Shown: one piece after another, positions 1 through 10,700 of the stretch
Layout of the letters: each line of letters opens with the position of its first letter
Position numbering within the stretch: position 1 is the first letter of the stretch
Made by a program: the position numbers and the translations under genes
Assembly (NCBI GenBank): GCA_009602725.1
Contig: WELB01000006.1
Span: forward strand, 154,449-174,448
DNA from: Spirogloea muscicola
Lineage: Eukaryota
DNA: 20,000 nt
Direction of reading: 5' to 3'
The notes under the pieces: model-generated
Database searches by the model: none
The model's input: the letters and a program-made list of their open reading frames with translations, nothing else
Told to the model about the DNA's origin: nothing

Positions 1-471
1 AGACCTCGTCTATAGCTGTCTGTGATGAGCATCACAAAGCGCTTCAGCGCAGCTCCACACAGAAAGAATCAACCTAGACAATACGAAGCTAGCAGTCAAG
101 GTTGTTACATAGTATAACCTCTCCCACATGAAGAACCACACCACCAGTCTGAAGCGGCTTGTCGATGCCTATCCATAGACACAGACATTGTCATGACACA
201 CCCGTGGTCTTACTTTTTGGGACAGACTACACTATACTACACTCGGATCAAGCGAGGGCGGCTGGCTGGAGCCTGTGGTAGGTATATGGATTCATAGACT
301 GCCCGAATATGGACCGAGATACGACGACTGCAGGTCGGCAGCACGGCCGCGGCCCGTGCCCAGACGGACGTGCGGGGATCAATGCGTTGGGGCAGCGGCT
401 GAGAGGAAGTGGCTGAGAGGTTTTGACTTGGTGCCCGGAAGAGCGGGCAGGCCAAAGGCGGGGGGGGGGGG

Positions 472-950
472 CTTTGTTCATTCTTTTTTGCTGGCTTTTC
501 CAGCCCCTATCCTCAATGGGCGAGCACTTGCTTTCTTTGGGCTGAGTGTTTTGTGACTACTTAATTCCCTGTGTGCTTTAGCGTCTTCTCTTTAGCGTCT
601 TGCCCCTTTGAACTTTGTTCATTCTTGTGCTGGGCTGACCTCTCACAGCCACTGCCCTCTGCTGGAAGCGTCGCTTCTTCTTTTGGGCGGACGGGTAGGA
701 ATTGGGTGGAGGGAGTGGGGGGCGTGGAGGGAAGCGCCGAACTGTTTTTGTTGGCCAATGCCGCGGCGGGGATATGGAATGTGTTACTCAATAGTGATGG
801 AGGGCCTGGGGGGAGAAGGGGCGGTGCGCATGAACTTGAGGGGGATGCCAAAGCAAGCCAGTACATTGTGTGCAATAAGAGCAACAAAAGAGGAAAGACG
901 CACAGTGTGCATGACATGAAACGGAGGCCAATGAATCGGGGCCTTACAAA
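472..950. mobile_element. Mosaic of degenerate retrotransposon tail fragments in both orientations
   Basis: CTTTGTTCATTCTTTTTTGCTGGC..CCAGCCCCTATCCTCAATGGGCGAGCACTT (472-529). 570-680 resembles 5543-5590 and 5650-5670; the reverse complement of 815-870 resembles 5478-5535. Confidence 0.65.
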
Positions 951-974
951 GTCCTGGTAACGGGGCTATAAGCC

Positions 975-1230
975 CTGTTAACAGCGTTTCCTGGGTCACG
1001 CAGTCCACTTGCGAGCAGGCCGCGCTATGGCTGCTGCATCTGTGTCCAGGCGGGGTGCCTCTTCCCCAGCTGCGATTTACTCCGACTTGCTGCTGCTCAC
1101 TCGTGGTTACTAAGCTTCCATCTGCAGTAGTCTCGTGTCGTCTAGCTATGTGGTTATAGGCGCCTTCCGGCTCTTTGGACCTTGTCCAGCATTTTTGGGG
1201 CCTTCCCCAGCCCCTACTCCTTGTGGATCG
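975..1230 (+). mobile_element. Retrotransposon 3'-end copy (ORF end plus tail)
   Basis: LGHAVHLRAGRAMAAASVSRRGASSPAAIYSDLLLLTRGY* (TAA 1111-1113), followed by the GCTTCC.TCTGCA...CTTTGGACCTTGTCCA tail. Confidence 0.8.
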
Positions 1231-1249
1231 CTCTATCCGGGGCTTTCTG

Positions 1250-1795
1250 TCTCGAAAGCTGGCCATGCAGCGGCAAACGCCGGTCGCTGCATAGCGGCAA
1301 AGCACGCAGACGACCCGACTGCGGACGAGTTCGTACCCCTGGCCGTGGTTGTCCACGGGACTCTTGGGACACAGTGGCTCGACCTGCTTGCCAGGCTTGC
1401 GAGGCGTGCTGGGTCCCGCAGGCGAGGGGAGCAGGCTGACTTAAACGCCGCTGGCTCGTTGGCCCAAATCTACCGCATGCGACTATGTACTTCCCTTCAG
1501 CGATCTATGGCCCACGCCTTGCACCTGCGTGCTGGCCGTGCTCTCGCTGCAGCCTCTGCTTTCGTCAGGGTGAATTTTGCCGGCAGCTAGTCTGTCGGGT
1601 TTGAGGCTTCTCACTCGTACTGATTGTGTTTCATCCTACACCAGTTCTGAGATGGCGCTTTTGGCCCCTTCGTACTTTGGCCCCTTCGAATCTTGTCGTT
1701 CTTTTCGGGCTGGTTTCTCAGAGCCCTTGCCCCCATTGGGAGAGCCACTTCCATTTTCCCAGCCCCTACCTTTCAAGGAAAGGGCACTTTCTTCT
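1250..1795 (+). mobile_element. Longest 3' fragment of a non-LTR retrotransposon (REL-endonuclease type, CRE/NeSL-like), degenerate, plus 3' tail
   Basis: Translation GHAAANAGRCIAAKH..FVPLAVVVHGTLG..WLDLLARLA...RLCTSLQRSMAHALH resembles the REL endonuclease C-terminus (A..AE..K..KY..F.P.A.ET.G..G...RLS..LQR..A), with key residues decayed. There is a frameshift near 1575 into PAASLSGLRLLTR. The tail is homologous to other copies, with an exact 20-mer at 1671-1690 = 19748-19767. Confidence 0.7.
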
Positions 1796-1816
1796 AGAAA
1801 CTGGCTAAGGGGGTCT

Positions 1817-1880
1817 CTGGTACCCACGAGTGAGCACATACACATCCGACAAGCTAAGCTGAGGAGCCAGAGCACCACCA
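1817..1880 (-). mobile_element. Short retrotransposon ORF-end fragment
   Basis: Minus-strand translation GGALAPQLSLSDVYVLTRGY. Shares AAGCTGAGGAGCCAGAGCACCACCAC with 5137-5162. Confidence 0.7.
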
Positions 1881-2549
1881 CAACAAAAAGCGCGGTGCAA
1901 CAGCCCTTGGCAGAAGTGGCCTCATCGTACCATTGCCTCCTTTCCCTGGTCGTCATGCAACAAGCTGCTCAATCCACGCCATAGCCGCCACCCGCGGCTG
2001 TCGCACCTGCCGCCGCCCAGCTATAGCTTCCTGCCTCCCTGCTCCTTGTGCGGCCAACGCCCGCCGTCGCAGGCCAGCTGCCAGCCATCCCTCGATATTC
2101 ACAGCTATTGGCGCCCGAGAGAGATTGAGTCAATGGCGAGTGCGTGCATGTGTGGAACTTCTGGGATGCCCCGTGGATTTTGGAAGCTCGTCTTTCTGAC
2201 GGTTTTACCTCTACGATCGATCCGCATTTGTTTCTCTCCAGAGGTGGCATGGGTCCCACCTCTGGCCCTCGCTACGAGGGCTTGCGATCCAGCGGGCATA
2301 TCGAGGTTATTGGACAGCGAAGAAGCCTCCCTCAGGCGCTAGGCTATAGCCGAAGAGGAAGCCAGACGACAACAATAGTTTGGAGCGCATTGCCTCTGCC
2401 AAATCGCTACCTGCTTTGTCAGACACCGTCGGGTGACTTGCGGACATGATTTGATATATGAGTGCCGGCTGGTAAGGAGGCTCTGGCAAGGTCTTTAATG
2501 GCGCCCGAACGCGGGGAAGCCAACACTTGCAGTGCGCGCGCCTTGGTAG

Positions 2550-2893
2550 CAGAAGAAAGTGCTCGCCCATAGAGAAGAGGAGCTGGCAAAGCCAGCCCAA
2601 AAAGAATGGACAACGTCCAAAGCCAAAGAGAGAGGTGCCGGAAAAGGACTACACTACAAAATGACCAAAGCACAAGACGATGCAGAGGGAAGCTCAGTAT
2701 CCGCGTGTGAGCAACATCAGGTCAGAATAGCTCGCTGCAGGGAAAGAGGCACTCCGCCGAGACCCAGAGGCGGCGGCCATAGCACGGCCTGCTCGCGTGT
2801 GGAGGACGTGGGCAAGTGAGCGTTGAAACGATACCGCCAGGCGCATTCGGAAATCTTGTGCGAGCGAACCGGCGGCGTTGAAGCCGGCATCGC
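2550..2893 (-). mobile_element. Retrotransposon 3'-end copy (ORF end plus full tail)
   Basis: Minus-strand translation FNAAGSLAQDFRMRLAVSFQRSLAHVLHTRAGRAMAAASGSRRSASFPAASYSDLMLLTRGY* (stop 2694-2696). It aligns closely over ~270 nt with 12550-12820. Confidence 0.85.
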
Positions 2894-3312
2894 TCCTGGC
2901 AGCAGCGTCCGCTGGCGGGGCGGACGGACGTGCGGTATCGGGGCAGCGGCCGAGAGATTTCGGCTGGTGCCCGGGGACGCCGGGCGGTCAAAGCGGGCGC
3001 CTGAGCAGACGAGGTGTCCGGGGGGGCGCTCGAACGGAGCGGGGCGGGGGCGCCGGATCAGTTCCGTGAGCGAATGGCGCGCCGGGGCACCGGGCCGCGA
3101 GGGAAATTGGCCCGCCCATCCTTGAATGGCTCAGGCGCCCTCACCCCCGTTCCCTTGCCAGAAGCTCCTCCGCCCNCACCCTTTGCCAGGAGCTCCTGGC
3201 CGCCGCCGCTGCCGCCGCCGAAGCCTCCGTCGCCGCCGCGCCCCAGCCAGAGCTAGCGCGTCCTCCGCCGCCGCCGCCACCAGAGGCTGCAGCTGCCAGC
3301 CACCACCGGAGC

Positions 3313-3943
3313 CAGAGGCTGCAGCAGCCAGCTGTCTAAGCCCACGACGGCAACGTTTGCAGCCACCGAGCATGCCATCTCAGCTGAGGCTGCATGGAAA
3401 GCCGCCTGCAGCCTCGCGGAGGCGCTGAATGATGCAACGCTGTTGCGCGTCAAGGCAGAGCAAGCGGCACACCTGGCGGAGGCCTGGCAGAGGTACGCCG
3501 CGGGGACGGCCTTGGACCGCGACCACACGGTCGCTTGGGGGCTGCAACTGCTGCAGGGGGATGCGCAACTCCGAGAATGGGCGTATAGGACGACGGAGCA
3601 GGCCAGAAGTCTACACCAGCAGGCCGTCTACCTTGACGACTGCTGGTACAAACCTGTGGCCTGTTCCGTCAAGCTATACGCGCACTCCCCAAGTTGCGCA
3701 TTCTCCTGTGCAGTTGTAGGCCCCCCACTGACCGTGTGGTTGCGGTCCAAGGCCGTTTCCGAGGCGTACCTCTGCCAGGCCTCCGCCAGCTGTGCCCCTT
3801 GCGCTGCCTTGACGCGCAACAGCAGCGCCTCATTCAGCGCCTCCGCGAGGCAGCAGGCGGCTTGCCATGCAGCCTTTGCTGAGATGGCATGCTCGGTGGC
3901 TGCAATTGTCCGGCAGGTCGACAGCTGGCTGTTGCAGACCCTG
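3313..3943. repeat. Long imperfect inverted repeat: arms ~3313-3628 and ~3634-3943, with almost no spacer
   Basis: For example, TTGCAGCCACCGAGCATGCCATCTCAGC (3357-3384) is the exact reverse complement of 3879-3906. The arms align continuously to the centre near 3630. Confidence 0.95.
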
Positions 3944-4819
3944 GCGTCATAGGCGCCCTGGACGGCCGTATCGCCAAGCTGACCCACATGGCGCACTCCT
4001 CGGCGCGGGAGCACACAGCTCCTCTCGCTGAAGGCGCCCATCGATGTAACTGTCACCTTTGTGGCCCCATGGGGTCTCGTTGGAAGCAGCTGTTGAATAG
4101 CACGATACCTGCCATGTCAGTCGCGGTAACAACGATGAAGCAAATCGCAAGTATGTGAGCATACGATCATTGTGTCATCATTGTGTCATGATACTTTTAT
4201 GAAGAAATGTCAAACAGCGGTTTCTTGTGATCTTCCAAATTACTCATTCTATGGCGTTCAACAATTATGAACACTTTTTGCTATTTAACTATGCATACTG
4301 ATCAGCAAAAGAAGAAAGCTACCGCCTTGATGACTAGTTCCAGTCCGTGTTGTGTCCGCTGCTGTATAAATTGTAGCTGAGTGCAGCATGGTGAGCAACC
4401 GATGCTGACCTCAATTTACACAATCCGAAAGTACCAGTTGTATCCAGATTATCAAGTACCAGGATCAGTCGGAATTTGATCATGTGACTTGACCTATTAC
4501 GGAATTGTGTATCAGGAGGCCAAAGATAGCAGCCTTGGCGACTAGTAATTAGAAGCTTGACAGCACATAAGCAATTGAGTCAGGTCAGACAACGAGATGT
4601 CAAACACACTTCTCCAGGGCTGAATAATAATCTGGTTTGATCAGGTCATACGTGTTATACTATGGGTTATACGTGTTATACTAAGGGCATGGCAAGACTG
4701 CATGTTGTACCAGCAAGGATCGCACCGCTACTTCTCTGAGAAAGAGCTCTTCCAAGGTAAGGCAATGACTGATGTGAGCTCATCCGAAGGGGGCGAGTGC
4801 TGTGAAGATCCAGCCTGAA

Positions 4820-5165
4820 AAACATGGACAAGGCCCGAAGAGGGGCAAAGAAAGGAAGTGCTCGCCCATAGAAGAAGAGGAAGCCAGCCCAGAAAGAATG
4901 GACAATGTCCAAAGCCAAAGAAAGAAGATACGCACAGCTAGGCATCTAGACAAGAAGACACGACGAAACCACAGGAAGCTCAATACCAGCCCAGAAATGA
5001 ATTGGAAGGTATCCAAATCCAAAACAGGGAGCAAGGGCTGTGACCCAGGGCCCGAAGTGGCCAGAAGATATATGACTAAGGTCCGAAGCGGGCCAATAGC
5101 CTGGCTAATGGGGAGCACGTACATATTCGACAAGTAAAGCTGAGGAGCCAGAGCACCACCACCTC
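4820..5165 (-). mobile_element. Degenerate retrotransposon ORF-end (5110-5165) and tail (4820-4925) fragments
   Basis: GGGALAPQLYLSNMYVL on the minus strand; AAGTGCTCGCCCATAGA...GCCAGCCCAGAAAGAATGGACAATGTCCAAAGCCAAAGAAAG at about 4856-4924. Confidence 0.75.
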
Positions 5166-5254
5166 GCCATGGACATTCGGGTGTGCTCACTCAGGAATAC
5201 TGAGCACCCAGTGGCCACTTGAGTCGCTTTGTGCCATAGCGCTTTCCTGGCCCC

Positions 5255-5790
5255 TCGGATTATGTTCATTGCAGCGCTCGCAAGCATTGGCTCTTCATCA
5301 ACGTGCAGGGCGCGCTCTAAGTCAGGCCTCCGGCTTTCGTGGCGGCGCTCCAGCTCCCCAAGTTAGCTTGTCAGATTTGTTTGTGCTCACCCGTGGGTAC
5401 TAATGTCACCTTAGGTACCTTAGATTAGGTCTCCGTATTATGTAGCCTTGTTTAGTCTGCGCTCGACTCTGCCTGAACAATGTATTGGCTTGAATTGGCC
5501 TCCCTTTCAATTCATGTGCCCCGCGCACCTTCTCTCTTATCTGGGCTGGCCAATCACAGATCGCCCTCTACTGGAAGATTCTTTCTTTCTTATTGCCTTA
5601 CATTAGACGAGCTATTTCTAATTTCGGGCTGGCCCTTCACGAAGTTCTTTGTGTGCTTCAGCGCTTCTCAGCATTTTATTCCCCCTTCTTCTCCATGGGC
5701 GAGCACTCTCGTATTTGGGAGAGCCGCTTCCTTTAGTTGTAAGGCTCGAGGAAGCTTGGCCTCCCTATCATTTCCATGCGCACCGCGCGG
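5255..5790 (+). mobile_element. Retrotransposon 3'-end copy (divergent subfamily) and stacked tail fragments
   Basis: LQRSQALALHQRAGRALSQASGFRGGAPAPQVSLSDLFVLTRGY* (TAA 5401-5403). Downstream pieces match 815-870 (-), 630-680 and the ATGGGCGAGCACT tail end (5696-5708). Confidence 0.75.
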
Positions 5791-5864
5791 TGCGCATGTA
5801 GTGAGGAGGAGACGAGGCGGTGGTGGCAAGGGAAATGCGTGTATATTAAGAGATGGGGAGGCCA

Positions 5865-5970
5865 TGTGTGGCCAAGTACAAAGGCAAGCATGTTGGACAA
5901 ATGTACGTCACCTGCTGCTAAGCTGACCCGCTCAGTAACCACGAGTCAGCACATAGAGGTCGCAAGGGGG
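5865..5970 (-). mobile_element. Short retrotransposon ORF end plus tail, ~200 bp upstream of the Pumilio start
   Basis: CDLYVLTRGY* (stop 5932-5934). Aligns with 12095-12192 (GGCCAAGTACA..GGCAAGCA...TGACCCGCTCAGTAACCACG.GTCA..ACA...AGGTCGCAAG). Confidence 0.75.
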
Positions 5971-6192
5971 GGGGTCACGGCCGTGCTAGCGGGGCCTGGC
6001 GATGGCGGCCTTGTTTGGGGCAGGCGGCTGCGCAGGCCAAAAGCCCAAAGCCCCGACAGGCCCGACCACCGAGAGAGCCCCGGGCGGGGGGGAACCCCAG
6101 CGCCCCGCACCTCCAGGAGGAGGGCCCCACCTTGCCCCCCCCATGCCGCCGCCGCCGCCAGCGCCGGCGGCGGCGGGCGCGGCGGGGCCGCC

Positions 6193-7672
6193 ATGNNNNN
6201 NNNNNNNNNNNNNNNNNNNNNNNNNNNNNNNNNNNNNNNNNNNNNNNNNNNNNNNNNNNNNNNNNNNNNNNNNNNNNNNNNNNNNNNNNNNNNNNNNNNN
6301 NNNNNNNNNNNNNNNNNNNNNNNNNNNNNNNNNNNNNNNNNNNNNNNNNNNNNNNNNNNNNNNNNNNNNNNNNNNNNNNNNNNNNNNNNNNNNNNNNNNN
6401 NNNNNNNNNNNNNNNNNNNNNNNNNNNNNNNNNNNNNNNNNNNNNNNNNNNNNNNNNNNNNNNNNNNNNNNNNNNNNNNNNNNNNNNNNNNNNNNNNNNN
6501 NNNNNNNNNNNNNNNNNNNNNNNNNNNNNNNNNNNNNNNNNNNNNNNNNNNNNNNNNNNNNNNNNNNNNNNNNNNNNNNNNNNNNNNNNNNNNNNNNNNN
6601 NNNNNNNNNNNNNNNNNNNNNNNNNNNNNNNNNNNNNNNNNNNNNNNNNNNNNNNNNNNNNNNNNNNNNNNNNNNNNNNNNNNNNNNNNNNNNNNNNNNN
6701 NNNNNNNNNNNNNNNNNNNNNNNNNNNNNNNNNNNNNNNNNNNNNNNNNNNNNNNNNNTCTGCTGCCAACGCACGAGGAGGAGCCCGAGGAGGAGGCCGG
6801 CGGCTCCCCGCCGGCCGCCACGCACTTTGGCAACTGGAGCGACATTGGCGGCGACGCCGACGAAGGCGGGGGCCTGCTGGGCCTGACGGCGCTGGGCGGG
6901 CTCGGCGCGCGGCCCAAGAGCCTCGTGGACCTCATCCAGGAGGACTTCCCGCGCACGCCGTCGCCCGTGTACACGCACTCACGCACGCCCAGCCGCGCCG
7001 GCGGCGGGCCCGACGACGCCGCCGAGGCCATTGACACGCAGCTCGCGCAGCTGCGCGACGTCATCAGCACCGCAGAGCAGCTCAGCGCGCTCACCGCGGC
7101 GCCCTCTCTGGGCTCTGCGGCGGGCTCCCGCTCCCTCACGCCGAGCCTGTCTGCCGGCGGCGGCGGCGCCGGCTCGGTGCGCAGTGGGCTCGGCTTGTCC
7201 ATCTCTCCGGCGCCGCGGGCAGGGTCGCCGCGGCCGCCGACGCCGACGGGCTCGTCCCGCGCAGTCAGCCCGGGCGTCGTAGGCGGCCAGGCTTCGATGG
7301 TGGTGGAGTCCCCCTCAGCCCTCAGCCGCAGCATGTCGATTGGCGCGATGGCGGCAGCTGCGGCGGCCTCGGCGGCGGAGCTGAGCACCTCTCTGCAGGT
7401 CTTCAGCATGCAAGATGGTGGCGGCGGCAGCGGTGGCGGCAGCAACGGCGGTGTCGGTGGCAGTGACGGCGTTGGCAGCGCGGCCAGAGTGGCGACGCTC
7501 CAGGAGTTCCAGGAGCATCTTGCGGCTGCGGCGCAGCAGCAGCAGGACATGGATGGCGAGGCGGCGGCTGCAGCATCAACAGCACAGCACCAGCACCACC
7601 AGCGCCAGCAGCAGCAGCAGCAGCAGCAGTACAAGCGGCAGATGGCGGCTGCTGCCGTGACGGCGCAGCGCT

Positions 7673-7705
<33 letters not shown>

Positions 7706-10700
7706 TGCCGTACTCGGGCGGCTTCTCGGTGATGGACTCGGCCTACCGTGCAATGCCCAAGTACCAGGGTTCAGCCGGGCCGTCGTCAGCGGCGGCGGCG
7801 CAGGCAGCGGCGCAGGCTGCGGTGGCGGCTGCTGCGCAGGCGCAGATGCTGCAGGCAGCGCAGGCGCAGGTGCAGCAGCAGCTAGCGGCGGCGGCGGCTG
7901 CCGCCATGTACTCCATGGCGGGCAACCCGTACCTGCAGAGCTCCATGGCCGCCCTCTACGGAGCTCAGCACTATGGCACCATGGGCCTTGGCCACCCGCC
8001 GTCGGTGCCAGCGCCGCCGCCGCACTACTCGTCGATGTACAAGCCCATGTTGGCCGGCTACGGGGCTGCCCTGCCGCCGCCGCCGCCTCCCCAGCTTGGC
8101 ATGCCCCTCGCCTTGCAGGCGCCGGGGTCCGTTGCGGCTGCTGGCGTGCAGGGTGCCGGACTGGCAGGCCACCGCGGCAGCCACTACAAGTACGCAGGGG
8201 GCTCAGCTGGCGGCGGCAGTGGAGGCAACGGCAGCGGCGCCAGCGGTGGAGGCGGTGGCCATTTGGCGGCGGGGATGCAGCTCACGGACCCGCGGTACAT
8301 CAACTACGTGCAGCACATGGAGGCGCGCGCCGCTGCTGCCGCCGCCGCTGCTGCGCGAGGGGACGGTGCCAGCGGCGGCTTCGTGCTGGGCCATCATTCC
8401 GGGGACCTCTCCCCGTTGTCGGGCTCGCCTGTCAGTAATGCGCTGGCGTATATGCCGCAGCAGCAGCAGCAGCCTGATGCCGCCAAGTCGCTGTACTCGT
8501 CACGCGGCAAGCCGGGCGGCGGCAGCGGCAGCGGCGCGGGCAATGGCGGCAGTCTGTCACCTGTCTACTACGGCAGCCCCCCGCAGATGTCCTCATACAT
8601 GGTTGTAGCTCCGCCGCCGCAGCACCAGCACCAAGGTGGCGGTCGCAGCCGTGGTGGCGGCCTGGGCCGCGGGGAGCGGGGGTCTGCTCCGCAGTCATTA
8701 TATGCGGGCTGGCAGGCCCTTCCGAGCGACCGCAACAACAGTGCGGCGGCCGAGGCTGCTTCCAGCGGTGGCGGTGAGGGGCGCGGTTCGTCACTGCTTG
8801 AGGATTTCAAGGTCAGCAAGACGCGGCGTTTTGAGCTAGCGGACATCGTGGGGCATGTTGTGGAGTTCAGTGCAGATCAGCATGGAAGTCGATTCATCCA
8901 GCAGAAACTCGAGACAGCCGTGGTGGACGAGAAGAACCTGATCTTTTCGGAGGTCCTGCCGCGTGCCCACACCCTCATGACGGACGTCTTTGGCAACTAT
9001 GTCATTCAGAAGGTGCGCACCACTGTCCCTGCTTCCTGTGCTGTGCGGCGTCGCCTGTATCATATTGAGATGCCTTGTACCCCAATGAGCAGGCTCTCAA
9101 TCCAGCTTGAGCTGGTGTTCAATCTTGGGTGGTGCAGTTCTTTGAGCATGGCACTGCTTCTCAGCGCGCCGACCTCGGCCGTCAGCTGTCAGGCCACGTT
9201 CTTGAGCTGTCGCTGCAGATGTATGGCTGCCGCGTCATCCAGAAGGTGATCTCCCCATCCTGGCACGGCCATACTTTGTAGCATGTTGTGCTCAAGCCCA
9301 CAACATCATTAGTGTGCTTGAGTGCGCTGATTACTGCAAGACGGGAGGTCATGAATGGTAGAATTTGATTAGTGAAGCCCATCGAGCTCCACTACCTAGT
9401 AAGTGGCTCAGTGAATGGGGCCACCTATGGGGCGATTGCAGGCTCTGGAGGTAGTGGACATTGGGCAGCAGGCAACACTGGTCGCAGAGCTGGACGGGCA
9501 CGTGATGCGGTGCGTGCGTGACCAGAATGGCAACCATGTGATCCAGAAGTGCATTGAGTGCGTGCCCCCAGACAGAATCCACTTTATTATCCAGGCGTTC
9601 CACGGCCATGTCGTGGCCCTCTCCACGCACCCTTACGGCTGCCGCGTCATCCAGGTGAGTGGCTCCAACCTGCCAAGGCCATCGTGTGCTGCGGTCTCGT
9701 CTTGCAAGATGTAGAGGTGAACAAGTGATTCGCTCTATGGCGCAGGCGTTCCAGCCTCTAACCAGACCTGTTGTCAATGCTGACAAGGTACCAAATACTA
9801 ACCTGTGACGGGCCTTTTGCAGAGGGTTCTGGAGCACTGCACTCCTGAGCAGAAGAGTCGGGGGATCATGGATGAGATCCTGAAAGCAACCTGCACGTTG
9901 GCACAGGACCAATATGGAAATTACGTAGTCCAAGTTCGTTCCCTTGCTCAGCTCAAGATCCTCGCAGTCGATTTGCATCCTGCTTTTTGATGTACTCTGC
10001 TGACAAGACAAGCCTGAAGCTGCTTAGCAGCTTCCACAACCTGTGTAATTCTTGCCTTTTGCACAAGATCTGATGTAGATTGAACTGGGTGTTGTTCTCA
10101 CTGCTGCAGCATGTTCTGGAGCACGGGTCTGCACGCGAGCGCGTGGAGGTGATTACCAAGCTGGCTGGCCAGATTGTGCAGATGAGCCAGCACAAATTTG
10201 CCAGCAACGTGGTGGAGAAGTGCCTCCAGTTCGGCGGCCCGTTCGAGCGGCAGATTCTCTTGAATGAGATGCTCGGCCACACTGAGGAGAACGAGCCCCT
10301 CCAGGTCAATGAATCCGCCCACGGCAGCCTAGAAGGTGGTTGGAAGTTATGAATGTTGATGTGAAAATTATGAGGGTTATGAATGTAGACATGAAGGTTA
10401 TGAATGTATACATCCATTTTAGCTTACCTTCGGGCTGAAGCACACCTTCCGACAAGTGTGAGCACGCAGGCGATGATGAAGGATCAGTTTGCCAACTACG
10501 TCGTTCAAAAGGTGCTGGAGACGTGCGACGACAGCCAGCGTGAGATGCTCCTGGGGCGCATCCGTGTGCATCTACATGCACTGAAGAAGTACACCTATGG
10601 CAAGCACATTGTTGCCCGTGTGGAGAAGCTGGTCGCTGCAGGAGGTGCGAGTCCTCGACAAGCTTAGCTGCCGCAAGTGCTACTGCTTATTGGCAAGCTC

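Noticed and set aside
14..159. Box C (GTGATGA 22-28) and box D (CTGA 149-152) with a weak terminal stem: possible C/D snoRNA
   Set aside because: The stem relies on G:U pairs with a closing mismatch, and I could not find a guide of 10 nt or more complementary to rRNA. It would need snoscan/Infernal.
2100..2500. Possible RT remnant (VELLGCPV resembling the LGxP motif)
   Set aside because: Only a few residues match, stops follow, and no other RT motifs are visible.
3628..4056. Minus-strand ORF as an independent protein gene
   Set aside because: It is mostly one arm of the palindrome and ends at the hairpin centre. It has no recognisable domain, so I treated it as part of the inverted repeat.
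4648..4688. 21-nt tandem duplication ATACGTGTTATACTA.GGG (and an 11-nt duplication at ~4168-4190)
   Set aside because: Two-copy local slippage duplications with no spacer array or associated element; not CRISPR-like.
4150..4690. AT-richer island
   Set aside because: No ORF, terminal repeats or recognisable RNA motif could be supported.
5946..8846. Long antisense and alternative-frame ORFs over the Pumilio exon (similarly over cystatin exon 1 and PME exon 1)
   Set aside because: These are shadows of very GC-rich coding sequence and N runs, with no independent motifs.
5776..9249. 1157-aa single ORF from the ORF track
   Set aside because: It spans the N gap, starts in repeat-derived DNA and reads through the intron at 9013. 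The true CDS is spliced.
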